Below, in pieces: positions 41,370 through 54,900 of a stretch of 64,000 nt of DNA. The stretch is from Eledone cirrhosa (Eukaryota), in NCBI GenBank assembly GCA_964016885.1, contig OZ024741.1:352966001-353030000 (forward strand), written 5' to 3'. The notes beneath the pieces were generated by a model. The model ran no database searches. It was not told the origin of the DNA and was given only the letters and a program-made list of their open reading frames with translations. A program made the translations under genes and the position numbers. Position 1 is the first letter of the stretch. Each line of letters begins with the position of its first letter.

Positions 41370-44338
41370 ATTATTATTATTATTGTTTTTGAGTCTCAGT
41401 CATTGATGTTATTTAACTGGAAAGTTTGTTGAAATGAATATCAAGCCACTACCTGCAGCCTCAGATATTCAGGACGTTACGGAGGGTTCTTGCTGTTTCC
41501 AGCAAGCATGCCTTTTGAAGTGTTCCAAAAAGCGGGGCGGGACTAATTTTCCTTAACCATCCTAAGAGACTCTTTGAGATAGTACCTAGTGTGCCTACGA
41601 CAATCGGGACCACTTTGACTTCATGGCAGTTCCAAATCCTTTTTACCTCCCACTTTAAGTCCTGGTATCGGTTAATTTTCTCCATCTCCTTCTCTTGCAC
41701 TCTCGTGTCGAATGGGCAGGCCACATCTACAATCAGGCACGATATTTTTTCCTTGTCCAAAACCACCAGGTCAGGCCTATTGTGTTCTAATTTCTTGTCC
41801 GTCTGTATCCTAAAATCCCACAGCACCTTCACCTGATCGTTTTCTATCACCGACTCTGGCTTATGCTCATACCACTTCTCAGAATGTGATAAATTGTTTA
41901 CTTTGCATAGGTGCCAGTGGATCACCCTGCCCATCACATCATGTCTCCGGCCGTTATAGTGAGACTGGGCTAGGTGTTTACACTCGGATACAATGTGAGC
42001 CACATTCTCCTTTCTCTCTCCACAGATCCTGCACCGTGGGCTAGCCTCCTCCTTGTAAATATGGTGTTTCACCCACTTCGTTCTGAGGGCCTGCTCTTGA
42101 GCAGCCATTAGCATTCCTTCTGTAGCCTTTTTAAGGTCTCCTATTTTAAACCAGTTCCATGTCTGTGGATCTCTAAATTCAGTTTTCTCAAAGAAGGTAC
42201 TATGAAGCGATTGTTCATGAAAGTTGCTCTTCCTCCTTGGATATCCCCTGGTCTATTGTCTTCTTCAGTACAATTCTGAGCATTGGCTCCCTACTGTCTG
42301 ACACGTATTTGTGCAGGTTGTTTTTCTCCATCTGATCACAGTCCTCTATGCTGATAAAACCTCTTCCACCTTCAGATCTCTTTAAGTAGAGTCTATCGAC
42401 ATCACTCCTCTTGTGGAACATGTTGTAGATAGTCAATAGCTTCCTATTATTCCTATCCATTTTTTTTTTTCTGCAACATTCCTTTTCGGAATTCCCGCAC
42501 TGTACCTGATAATAGACACAGCTCGGGAATTTACTGCACTTATGACATTCCTACTATTTAGATATGATTTTAATACACTCCTTACTCTCCTAATGTACTC
42601 AGATCTTATCAATTCCTTCATTGTTTTGTTTTTGATGTCATCTGCCTCCAGAACACCTAAATATTCGTATCCTTCTTCAGTGTCTATTTCTTTTATCATC
42701 TCACCTGTTGGTACCTGGATTCCGTTGCTTCTGCTCAATTTACCCCTCTTCATCACTAGGACTCCACACTTATTAATACCACATTGCATATCAATGCTGA
42801 AAATACGGAGAGTGTCAACAAGTACATCCAACTCATTCTCACTCTTCCCAAAGAATTAAAGATCTTCCATGAAGAGGAGGTGGTTGATTGTAAGCTCTCT
42901 TTTTCCAAACTTGTATCCTGCTCTCACTTTTCGCAGTATAATGATCAGGGGTATCAGGGCAAGGACAAACAACAGAGGGGACAAACTGTCTCCCAGGAAG
43001 ATACCTCTCTTGATCTTCAGGCCTCCCAGGACTTCATAATTTTGCTCAACAACTGTCTGATGTTATCTGCCATGTTGAAGATCTCTAGGCTTTTGGTTAT
43101 CCAAGAATGAGGTACCATGTCGAATGCCTTTTTGTAGTCTATCCATCCCATGACAAGACCAGTGTGTCTCCTCCTGCAATTCCTCATTACCATCTTATCA
43201 TTAAGTAACTGGTCATTTGTATCACGTGACTTCTTTCGGCATCCTTTCTGTTCGTCCGGTAACACGTTGTTTATGTGGAGGTGATGGTAGATTTCCTCAG
43301 ACACAAGGCTTGTCAACAGTTTCCACATTACGGACAGACATGTGATAGGTCTATAGTTGGTAACATCATTACCCTTGATTCGGTCTTCCATTACCGGAAC
43401 TGTGGTACCTTTTGTCAACCACTCTGGTACCTCAGCTGACATCAAGCAGTCATTGAACATGTTTGTTAGTTTCGGGTGGAGGGATGTTATATTTTTAATC
43501 CAATACCCCTGCACACCTTCTGGGCCTGGTGATTTCCAGTTGGTTAGTTTTCTGGCCTGCCCCATAAGAATTTCAGCTGTGATACGCAAATCAGTTTGTT
43601 GGTGTGCCTGTTCACTAATCTCTTTTTGTACTGTCTCAATCCAGACTGCCTGGTCATTAAGTTTAACATCCTGCTCCCATATTCCTCTCCAGAATGTTTT
43701 AGTTTGTTCCGCCTCAGGGATCAAGTCGTTGCCTCTTTCTTTCCCTTCAAGCTGTCCAAACAACATCTTCTGGTTGTTGTCAAACAGCGGTTCGGTCTAT
43801 ACTGACTGACTCTGCTCTCATATCGCCTGATTTTTGCACTCTTTGCTACAATGCGTTGCTTCAGTTCCTCTATGATAATATTTAGCTTTTTCCTCCTAGT
43901 TTTGTACTTTATTTCCAGTCTATTTTTAGTGTCTATGTTTTGTAGTGTCCCATTCAATAGGTCTCAAGCTTTCCAATGTAATTTCTCATTTCCTTGATTT
44001 GACCATTCAGTCGTTTCTTCCACCAAGGTTCTAATCTTTCTTGTTTGTTGTTTTCTCTCGTTTTTATGCCAAGTAATTTCCTCACCGCATTTGCTGTTAC
44101 TTTGAGGATATTGTTGCTTTGGTGAAGGTTCCTCGCCTCAAGGTATGGGATGACTTTGTTTACCTTAGCTGTTGTTTCTTTCAACTTTTTCCTGTCTACA
44201 AATCTTAGGTTAATAGGTTTCCCACTATCATTGTTCATTTCATCTACCACTAAGTTTAGGATATCAACCAAATCTTGTCCTAGCCCGTCAGCATTCATTT
44301 CCTCAATGGCCGTATCTTTATTCCAGGTATTATTTATT

Positions 44339-44752
44339 TACGTCCCTTTACGATCTGAGTTCAAATCCCGCCGAGGTTGACTTTGCCTTTCATCCTTACG
44401 GGGTCGATAAAATAAAGTACCAGTAATGCACTGGGTAATTACTGGCCTTGTGCCTAAAGTAGAAACAATTATTTATTTCAGCATTCAGATCATTGTCTGC
44501 TTCGGAATCTTCCTCCGTTCTCTCAACCTCTTCACCTTCATTTCCCTGCTGGCTCGTTTGCCTGGCAGTGGATTGGCAGTATCGGTAGAGGGTCGGACGC
44601 CATGCTTTCCAGCATAGTTACGTCCCTTTATGATCTGAGTTCAAATCCCGCCGAGGTTGACTTTGCCTTTCATCCTCACGGGGTCGATAAAATAAAGTAC
44701 CAGTAATGCACTGGGTAATTGCTGGCCTTGTGCCTAAAGTAGAAACAATTAT
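44339..44752 (+). mobile_element. Two SINE insertions inside Dong copy B (44339-44467 and 44568-44747)
   Basis: The family core occurs twice, both copies ending at attatttattt, separated by a duplicated host segment. Confidence 0.92.
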
Positions 44753-45617
44753 TTATTTCAGCATTCAGATCATTGTCTGCTTCGGAATCTTCCTCCGTTC
44801 TCTCAACCTCTTCACCTTCATTTCCCGCTGGCTCGTTTGCCTGGCATACTCCACCCTCCATTTCCAACCTAATCTCTCTGCTCAGTTCCTCCAGTTCCAG
44901 TTTGCTTATCCACCCATTAGTTCTTATTACCCGAGCCTGCCAGGCCAATTTTTGTTCATCTAATTTAATAGACCAATCTCGTTCCAGATGTTACGCATCC
45001 GTTTCCTATAGCCCTTTTCCTTGGGGTTACTCTTCAGGTAACATTGCATAACAGTTCTATTCAATTCTTTCGTCCAGTTGGTTCTGGTCCCTTTCCTTCT
45101 TCTTCCTCCAACACCAGCAGTATTTGGATGACAGCCAGGTCCCTGCTGCTGGGCCAGGGAGCACCTGCTGGGTGAGAGACTATCACATGACATTCCAGTT
45201 TCCACTTCACCGTTATTCGAACTGTTTAGGTTCGACATTTAAACACTTATATCGAGGATTGGTGAATGTATGGTTACATAACCACCGGTGATTTCATCAC
45301 CCCCAGTGATTTGATCACCCCCGGTGATTTTAGCGTGGCACTATGACGCTGTAGACGAACATAAATAAATAAACAAATAAATAGGTAAAAACTTTAAAAA
45401 AATAAACATAAGTTTCATTGTAATGTAATGTTTGAATGTTTAATGTTTTTTTGTTTGTTTGTTTTTTTTTGTGTTTTTTTTTCTTTACGTTTTTCGTTGC
45501 TGCTGTGCTGTTTTGATTTTTGATTTTTTGATTTTAGCTTCATGAGAAGTAGGGCTGTTGCGTTCAAAACTTTTGAAATTTGTTTCAACTTGTTGCTTAT
45601 CATTATTATTATTATCA

Positions 45618-45832
45618 GCCGTGGTTAACTTTGCCCTCCATCCCCACGGGGTCGACAAGACAAAGCACCAGCAATGCACTGGGCAATTGATGGCCTTGTG
45701 CCAAAAGTAGCAACAATTATTATTATTATTATATCATACGGGGTCGATAAAACAAAGCACCAGCAATGCACTGGGCAATTGCCGGCCCTGCGCCAAAAAA
45801 AAAAAAAATAGAAACAATTATTATTATTATAT
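45618..45832 (+). mobile_element. Two 5'-truncated SINEs in (ATT)n within the Dong B 5' region
   Basis: ggggtcga(c/t)aa..caaagcaccagcaatgcactgggcaattg occurs twice, each copy with an ATT tail. Confidence 0.85.
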
Positions 45833-46439
45833 TATAATTTAGATTTGACATCGTTTAAACTAAACACTTTGTGAGAGTTTTAGAGGTACAGCAGCAATCA
45901 TGTTTTTGGTGTTGTTATTGCTGCTTCTGACCGGGTCACCAAATCAGTCTATTTATATCTTTTGATACCTTCCTTACTTAGTGGGAATACTACTATCCCT
46001 CTGTCTTAACAGGAGGTAGTGGGAGAGAATAGCGGCGGTAGCGATAATGATGCAGTGGTGGTGGTGGTGATGTGATAGTAGTACTGTAGTGATGGTGTTG
46101 AAGTAGCAGTTGGTTTTGCTAGATTTTTTGTGTGGTAGTGGTGATGGTGCCGGCGGCGGTGGTGGTGTTGGTGGTAAAATTATTTGCCTGCTGTTTTTCC
46201 ATGTAGCCATTTTCCTTTTTTTGACTATAACATTTCTCATCCAAAATTAAATATTAAATATTAAATAATAAGATACACACGTGGTGGATAGAGTGTTATG
46301 GAATCGCTCCCGTAAGGTTTTGATTTTTACGTATTTAAAACAATTGTAATAGAATAATTCTTATTACAAATGGAACATAAGATTACAGATTTTTTACTCT
46401 CAGCAAGTGACAACACATCACATTAAGGCATAGGGCCTT

Positions 46440-48536
46440 CTAAACACAGAGTTCAAGATTTTGGCCAAGGTGCTAGCAAAGAGGTTGGCGGTTAGTGGTC
46501 TGGTAGGAGAGGCGCAGACATGCGCCATCCCCAAAAGATCCATCCACGACAACCTCCACCTCATGCGATATATCGTGGAGCGGGTAGCTAGGGAACCTGG
46601 CACGGGTGGGTCCTGGATCAATTTATATCAGTCGAAAGCTTTCGATAGGGTCGACCATCTTTATCTGGCGGCAGTCCTGAGGGCGGCTAGCTTTGGACCT
46701 GTCTTCAGAGGCTGGATCGCTGCCATGCTAGCGACATCTGCTTTGTGGTGAGAGTGAACGGTCACCTTTCGGAACCATTCAACATCATGCGCTCGGTCCG
46801 CCAAGGATGTCCCCTCTCGTCCCTCTTGTACGTATTAACTCTCGAGCCATTACTGCACAAACTGGAGACGTTGAGGGGCGTCCCGCGCGAACTATGATGC
46901 GGAAGATCCGTGTCAGCATATGCGGACGATGTCACCGTAGTGCTGTCGAACGCCAAACACATCGAGGCGATCGGCACTACACTAAGAGAATACGAAGCGG
47001 TGACAGGAGCAATGATCAACCAGGAAAAGTCAGTGGGCCTGCAGCTCGGCACCTGGAGAGGCAGGTCCATGCCGTCCAACAGCGTCGTCGGACGCTGGAC
47101 GGACGGACCGGTTAAATTGCTAGGGGTCTGGTTCGGTCCGGACCTCCAGACGGACAAAAACTGGGACGAGGTGACGAGCAGGGTGGCTTCTCTCACCCAG
47201 AAATGGGCGGAGAGGAAGCTATCCCTGAAAGGTCGAGCGGGGGTGGCTAACGCGTACATCGCGTCTGTCATCTGCTACCGCCTGACCGTCGTACCTTGTT
47301 CTAAGCCCCGCCTGACTGCGCTGGAGCGTTTGCTCTTTCGCTTTTTGTGGAAGGGACGCGCTCCGATTGTCAGGCGGTCCATCGGCTGTCAACACCAGCT
47401 ACGTGGAGGGCTGGGCATGGCATGGCTAATGATGCGCAGACACGCGCTCAGGCTACGACATCTCCATCTCTTCCTCGACGGTGATCAGGTGTTGTCGCCG
47501 TTTGCTAGACGCGTCTTTCCCCAGCTCGTCTCCTTGACGGAGCTGCAGTCCTGGGTCAAGCGAAGACCGAGAGAGAGCGCTTGGAGACTGGAATGTCTTC
47601 AGGCGTTCATAGCCCTCGACCAATCGGGCAATGTGATCGGTGGAAACTCCACCTTGGCGTTCTATAGAGGATTAGTGGAGGGGAAGAGCGACGACGTACT
47701 TGGGGAAACTCTAGGCGTCGACGAAAATCAACTAGCCAATCTCTATGGAAGAACTTTCGGGCCAGGGCCTATGGACAACTTCCAGAAATCGCTGGCCTGG
47801 CAGTGTTACCGAGGAGCTTTTCCAGTTCGGGATAAACTCTACAGGCATGGAGGTGCCGTCAGCCGGTCATGTCCGAGATGCGCGCAGGGCGAGGAAACCG
47901 TCCTGCATGCACTCGCCCAGTGTCCGAGCATTGCTGACTTGTGGGTTTATGTCGAACACCTGCTGTCGCGTGTAGAACGGATCCGACTATCAGCTGAGTC
48001 CATCGTGAGGATTTCCTCACCCTCTTCCTTTAGCCGGGAAGGGCAGGCAGTTTTTATCTGTCTGGTGGCCATGGCGAAAGAGATAGTATGGTGGACACGT
48101 TTGAAAGGGTTGAAGACGAGCACTTACCTCTTCGGTGATGCCCTGATTGACTTTTTCAAATTTCATTTGAAAAGGAAAATCAGAGTAGAGATGGAAGTGC
48201 TCTCTTCCCAGCATTTTGTTGAAAGATGGGTGAGAGAAGCAAGAATGGCCCGAGTGAATGGGCCTACTCTGAGTACGTATATGTAAATTAAAGGTAGAAA
48301 ACTGGGAGAGGGCACTTGCCTTGGTGGTCAGGGTCACTGTGGCCTTTTACTGGGCTTTCTCCACGATGGCCCACGGAAGTCTCCCCCCTATTGGGGAATT
48401 TTTCATTGTTCTTTTATTACATCCTCTGTTTTTTTGTTTTTTTACACGCAGAAATGCCCATTTGTACCGTCCTGTATTGTCCTGCACTGTCCTTAATGTC
48501 TACTTTATGTAAACCCTTGTGGTTAATAAAGAAAGC
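46440..48536 (+). mobile_element. ATT-type Tx1 3' half (RT to 3' UTR)
   Basis: ORFs 46461-46751 and 46910-48286 (AYADD, CPRC..EETVLHALAQC). Ends cccttgtggttaataaagaaagc plus (ATT)n. Confidence 0.94.
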
Positions 48537-48561
48537 ATTATTATTATTATTATTATTATTA

Positions 48562-51500
48562 CAGCTGCATTTATCTTGCTTTATGTTCATACGAGTTATC
48601 ACCAAGTCACAACCAGTGACCTCAAGAGACAACAAGGTCCGCCATGTTCAAGAAAGAACATACATACGCACAGTTGCATCTTTAGGTGTTTAGACTTGTG
48701 ATGTACTTATATTGACAGAATCTTCCTTAGTATATGGGCAGTTCCCATTAGTACTATCTTTTGTATTTCTCCTATACGCGAGTTTCCTGGGATTTGCGAA
48801 AAGTAATCATTAGACCCCTTAGGTATCATTCCTAGAGCGCCTACAGCCACTGGTATTGTTTTAGTTCTCAATTTCCACATTTTTCCAATTTCTATCTCCA
48901 GGTCCTTATACTTGCTCAATTTTTCAAATGTTTTTACAGATACATTCTTGTCTATTGGAACGGACATATCAATTAGCAGGCATACCTTCTTTTTAAAGTC
49001 CTTCAGTATTATATCAGGTCTATTTGCATCTATTTTTCGGTCTGTTTGGATGCTAAAGTTCCACAAGATTGAGATATGATTTTTTCAAGTATGGGTGGTC
49101 GTTGATGCTCCCACCAATTCTTTTGATGGGGCAGGTCAAAATGCTTACACATTATCCAATGTATGTATTGTGCAGATCTGTGATGCCTGTTTAGGTATTC
49201 GGTTGGAGCTATAGGACTGCACATTGAAATTATATGATCAATGGTCTCTGGTTGTTTTTTACATACACGGAATAATGGGCTGCATCTATTTTTTATTATG
49301 TTGGCTTGGTAATTTTTTGTTGGCAGACAATGATCTTGTGCTGATATAATCACTCCTTCAGTCTCCGATTTCAGTCCAGAGGATGCCAACCACTGATGGG
49401 TTAAAGTTTTGTCAACATCAGGATTGTTAGCTCTTTCTGGGTCTTTTCCATACAGAGGCTTTTCTTGCCATTTCTTAGCCAGTTTCTGTAGCAGTTCTTT
49501 CTTTGCAGTTACTTTTACCTGCTTTGCTTTTTCTGTGTTTTCCATTTCAGCAGTAAATGGGACTTCTGAAATTTGTAGTCCATTACTGTATCTTTGTGCA
49601 TCTTTTGTAATGGAGTATGATCTTTTAATGCTTTCGTGTTTCAAAACGAGTTTGATCCTCCAATCATGTGATTCCCTTAGATATGTAGATAATCCAATTG
49701 TTGCAGTTTTCAACGCAATATCTGACTGGATTAACCCACGTCCTCCTTCTTTCCTAGGGAGATATATTCTATCTGTATCTGCCTTAGGGTGATGCATTCT
49801 GTGCATGGTTAAGAATTTTGTATCGAGTCTACGGATCTCTGTGCTTGACCAGTTGATGACATTGTAACTGTAGGTTACAACTGGTATGGCAAGCGTGTTT
49901 ATGGCATCGATCCTATTCCTTGCATTCAATTCCGTTCTTAAGATTGCTCTTACTCTGCGGTAACATTCCTTCCTTATCCTTTCCCTCATTGTCGAGTGCT
50001 AGATATTTGTAAGTTTCCTCTTGATCAAGTTCTCTTATCACATTCCCCCGATCAAGATTAATGTCTGAACCTTTCAGCAGCTTTCCTCTGGTGAACGTTG
50101 CTTTGGCGCATTTATCTAGTCCAAACTCCATTTTAATGTCATTACTGAACTGCTCCACAGTGGATAATAGCCCTTGCAATTGTTCATCATTTTTTGCAAA
50201 TAGTTTCAGGTCATCCATGTAGAAAAGTGATTAATGGTTTTGTCATAGACTTTATATCCATGTTTTGTTTCATTGAGCATTTTACTTAATGGTATAAGCG
50301 CGATGCAGAATAAAAGCGGTGATAAAGAGTCACCCTGAAAAATTCCACAGTTAATATTAACTTCTCCAGCTTCCAGTGATTTTGTTTCACTATTCAAAAG
50401 GAGTGTCGTTTTCCATGTCTTCATACTGAATGACAAGAACCTCCTGACAACGGGAGATATTTTGAAAATCTCTAAACATTTTTCAATCCAACTGTGTGGC
50501 AAACTATCGAATGCTTTTTTTTAATCTATCCAAGCAATTGATAGAGTTTTGTGTCTATTATGACAATCTTCCAGTATCATTTTGTTAACCAAAAGCTGAT
50601 CCTTACAGCCATATGAGCCTCGTTTACACCCTTTCTGCTCATTGGGAAATAGGTCATTTGTTATCAGGTGGTCATATGTATATTCAGTTAGGACTGATGT
50701 TAAAATTTTATACATTGTGGTCAAGCAAGTTATCGGTCTGTAATTTTTGGGATTGTTTGTCTCATCATTCTTCGGAAGCAGGAATGTAATGCCGTTAACT
50801 AGCCATGATGGTATCTTTTCTGGCTCCTTAACTATATCATTGTAAAGTTGGGCTAACAGCTCATGAGACTCTGTGAAGGCATTTATCCAAAAATTTGGTA
50901 TTTTGTCTTTTCCTGGGGATTTCCATTTGCTGTGTTTTTTAAGAGCCAAACGCAACTGTTCAACTGTTATATTTTCCCATATTTGTTCCTCAAGGTGAGC
51001 TGTATCTTTCATTTGTCTGTCTATCCATGGGGCATGTATATTATGAACTTTTTCTTCGGCCCAGATCTTTTCCCAGAATTCTTGCACTTCCTCCTTGGGT
51101 GGTATTGATTTACCAGTTATTGTTGACTTACTAATTTTTCTGTAGAAGTTTCTTTGGTTGTTTTTGAACATATTATTGTCCTTATAGAATCTAGATCGTT
51201 TTTCAAAGCGCCTTATACGAGCAGCTTTGGCCGACACTTTTTGCTTGATTATTTCTATCAGCATGTCTATGTCACTTGTTGATTTCATACTGTACTTTCT
51301 TTTCAATTTTCTAAGTTTAGTTTGTTTAACATGTTCACCTACTTTGTAGTTTGTTAAAATTTCTATGTCAGATCGGAGAAGGTTTATTTGGCGATTGATG
51401 TTCTCTTACCAAGTAGATTTCTTGTGGGAATTCCTTTGTTTTTTCATTTTTACTCCACATAAGTGAGTGGTGACTTTAGCCGATGCATAATAGAGATGAT

Positions 51501-51875
51501 TTAAATCAGTAATGTTTAGTTTGTTTGTGATGATAATGTTTTTGAGAATTATGTTAGTCTTGTGTATTATCTTTTGGTTCTGTTTGGAGTTCTGGATCTT
51601 AGGGAGGGTGTCTCGTTCCCCCATGTCAGATTCTTTCATTTTCATCCATTCGATCATAATTTCATCCTTCAAGTTGGCAAGTTCATTCTCATTCATTTCT
51701 TTATCATTTACGATCTCATTGTTTTCATTCTGAGTTTCATCTTGAGCATGCACTCCCTCCACTTTTTCGATTCTTTCTTTAATTTGTTCTGTTGTCAGTG
51801 ATTCTGCCCCAAACCTGGGATTCGGAGTGTTACAATTTACCTCGTTTTCACTGACACATGTTTCATATTCCCTTC

Positions 51876-51876
<1 letters not shown>
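48562..51876 (-). mobile_element. R4/Dong-clade copy C (a second, divergent family), 5'-truncated, in (TAA)n
   Basis: NYRPITCL, GIFQGDSLSPLLF, YMDDLKLF and RLE RPDIILKD..LLIDMSVP..KYKDL, with a stop at 48707. (TTA)n at 48537-48561 and 51877-51911. Confidence 0.92.
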
Positions 51877-51911
<35 letters not shown>

Positions 51912-54900
51912 GGTCTAAGCGGACGTATTTTGCTCGCTCACAGTAAGTCGCTTTATTTGCCTGTTTAAATTATTTGTTGTTAAATATTTCTTGTTGTGTA
52001 AGGGATATAAGCCCTTAGACTTTGCCCCGTGAATGGGGAAAGTATAATATTTGGGCTTTTTGGCCCAAATATTTGAACTTTTTTTTACATGTTAAAAAAT
52101 TTACGAAGAAAAAAAACATGGCTGAGCCACGCCCCCCAGCGATATGTCGGCTGTCGTGCGACAACGACGTAGAAGTTGAGAGGAGCGCTACAGCGAAATT
52201 AACACAAATTGATAACACAAATACCACCACAAACAATGTAAACAAAGACACCAATGATACCAATGAGAACTCTAATTTGAAAAAAATGACAGTAACAGCG
52301 ACAACGAAAATACAGATAACAAAAAAAAACAAAACAAATAGAACAACAATATCAACACCACTAACATGAAAACAAATAGCGACAACACCAACAGCAACAA
52401 TACCAACTGCACCGAGAACAACGGTGGCAACAAAGACAACAATGATAACAGCGAAAGTGCTAACAACAACACCAACAAGAACAACGTCAACAACACCCCA
52501 ACGAAAACAAGACCACTTTCGCTGCGGCAGCAGCAAAAAAGAGGCCATGCTTCAACATAGACCTCTCAAACAAAGATGAAAAGTTGGCCCAGGCATGGAA
52601 GCTCATCAAGCAAGAGCAAATTTGGACCAACTTAACTGTCCCGGTAGAAGCTATTGAGGCAGTGGAGCGCAAAACGGTGCATTATAGATGCATCTCAGCA
52701 CAAACCAAAAGGGCAGCGTTAATCCCACAAGAAGATGTCGAAGTCGCGCTGAGCTGCATCAGAGAAGACACCCAGTACATAGAGAGGGGCAGACAGTACG
52801 GCACCATTTCGGTGTTGTTCAAGTCAGAAACCCTCGCTATGAAACACGCTATGACTCCTTGCAAAACCAGCAAGGTCATAATGTACCCCTCCCACATGGG
52901 AAAAAGAACGGCCCGTCTCCGCATTCCCAGAATCCCACCAGGACTTGACATGTGGTGGCTTCTGGGATGTGTGATTGTGGAGGGGACGGATACAGTCCTT
53001 ATAGAAGTGACCAGAACGGCCAGAGAGGACTGGTCTGGGGTTGACCTGGAGATCCTTCTCCAGATCAGGCCCGAGAATATGAAGACAATCCCAGACCACA
53101 TCCGCCTTCAGAATGGGACTGTCATTCACATTATGACCGAAGGCAAAAGGCCGCAGTGTTTTGTTTGTGGGGAAAAAACCCATTTGCGAGCCTTCTTCCC
53201 TCAACTGCTGAAAGAGGCAAGGGGTCGAAAGGCTCCACTGTTGGCTCCACAACCAACACCTGCACCGGCTAAACCACCACCAACAACACCAATAGAAAGA
53301 CCACCACCAACATTGACCACCCAGGGGGGAAACGAGGAAAGCTGTCAAATTCCCCCTCTCCCCCAAAATACACACACCAATAAAACCTTAAACATACATA
53401 CAGACACACTTACAGACACAGACCCCTTATCTACCAGTAGTGAAAATGAGGGAAATCCCAAATCCCTCAAAATACAAAAAAGGAAACACAAAAAGAAAAA
53501 AAAAATCAACAAAGCACAAAAGCACCACAATAAAAAACGCAGACACCACCCACGCAAACACCTCTCCAATAACACCAACATCAACACCACCATCACCATC
53601 ACCAGAATCCCCCAAACGCAAACAACCGAAACAGACGCAAGAACAAATATACACACAAACATCTGAAACCACAGACACCGCACTCACAATAAACACAGAT
53701 ACAATCGAAACAACACCACCAAAACCATCACCACCACAGCCACGCAAACAAATAAAATCACACCAACAAAACATACAAAACTTCGTGCTTGTCAGGAGGG
53801 TCAACAAGGAACTTATGGCCCTCTTAGCACGAAGTGAAAATATACAAAAAGAGGGGGACATTTTTAAATCGAGCACATTTCGCGTGCCGGAAGATTTGGT
53901 TCTGGTGCGAATGTCACTCGACATATTCAAAGAAATACGAGACAGCTTTCCTCGGGACGTGGGAACCCCGAACGTAAAACCTACTTCATGACTTTTAAAG
54001 GGGTTCCCAAAAGCCTCAACAACCTGATCAGCCAGTTCCAACTGTCTGACAGGTACCGACTAGATTTCCCTAATGCGCCAGTGTGGACCTGGGCTTACCG
54101 CATAGGGTCATCTAGATCGTATATAGACAGGATATTCATTAGGAAAATAGACAGAAATAGTGTAAGCTGTCCACGTATTGAAACGGTCGCCTATTCAGAT
54201 CACAAGTTTGTGATCTGTATGGTCGACCTAGATAAGACGCGTAGGTTAGGACCTGGTTACTGGAAGCTAAACATATCATTTCCGGCACGTAAGGCTTACA
54301 GGGACCAGGTGAACAATTTAGTTAAGAAAAAGTTGACAGGGGGAGGCGTCAACAATAGATGGTGGGGGGGCTCTCAAAAGAGAGATTAGAGTAATGTCGA
54401 TAGAGTTTAGCAAAGAGGTAGCATTAGAGAAAAATAGAAAGGAGGGGGAGTTGTTAGATAAGTTAGACGAGGCTATTGGTAGTGGCATTGCAACTTGTGT
54501 GCTAGCGGCGAGAATGGCATTAGACCATTTCTTCAATGCGAAACACGAAGGTTGCATTGTCAGAGCTAAGGCGCGTGCTCTGAGAAACGAGGGAACCAAA
54601 GCTGTTAGATGGGCCCGCGTGGGAGAGGCGCAGCGTGGTAATAAAACCACGATTCAGTCTTTGACGGACCGAAACGGGCACGAGCTGAGCGATTCCAAGA
54701 GGATGTGTGAGGCCTTTCGCCAACATTTCGCTCGGTTGTTCGGGGGAAGTGGCGGGTCAGAGATGGTGGTGGACTTCAGTCCCTACCTCGATAGCTTGCC
54801 GCAACTCTCGAAGGCTGACGCTGGGCGCTGCGAAAGGCCAATTACTTCAGCTGAGATTCAGGATGCCCTTGTAGGCTGCATGAGGTGCAAGTCACCCGGT

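Larger units (their letters stand above)
41386..46262 (-). mobile_element. R4/Dong-clade copy B (same family as A), frameshifted, with SINE insertions
   Basis: RLE motifs RHD, RPDLVV..LIVDVACPFD and KINRYQDL; CCHC; RT pieces at 42215-43766; N-terminus MSNLNSSNNGE at 45238; 3' UTR almost identical to copy A. Confidence 0.92.
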
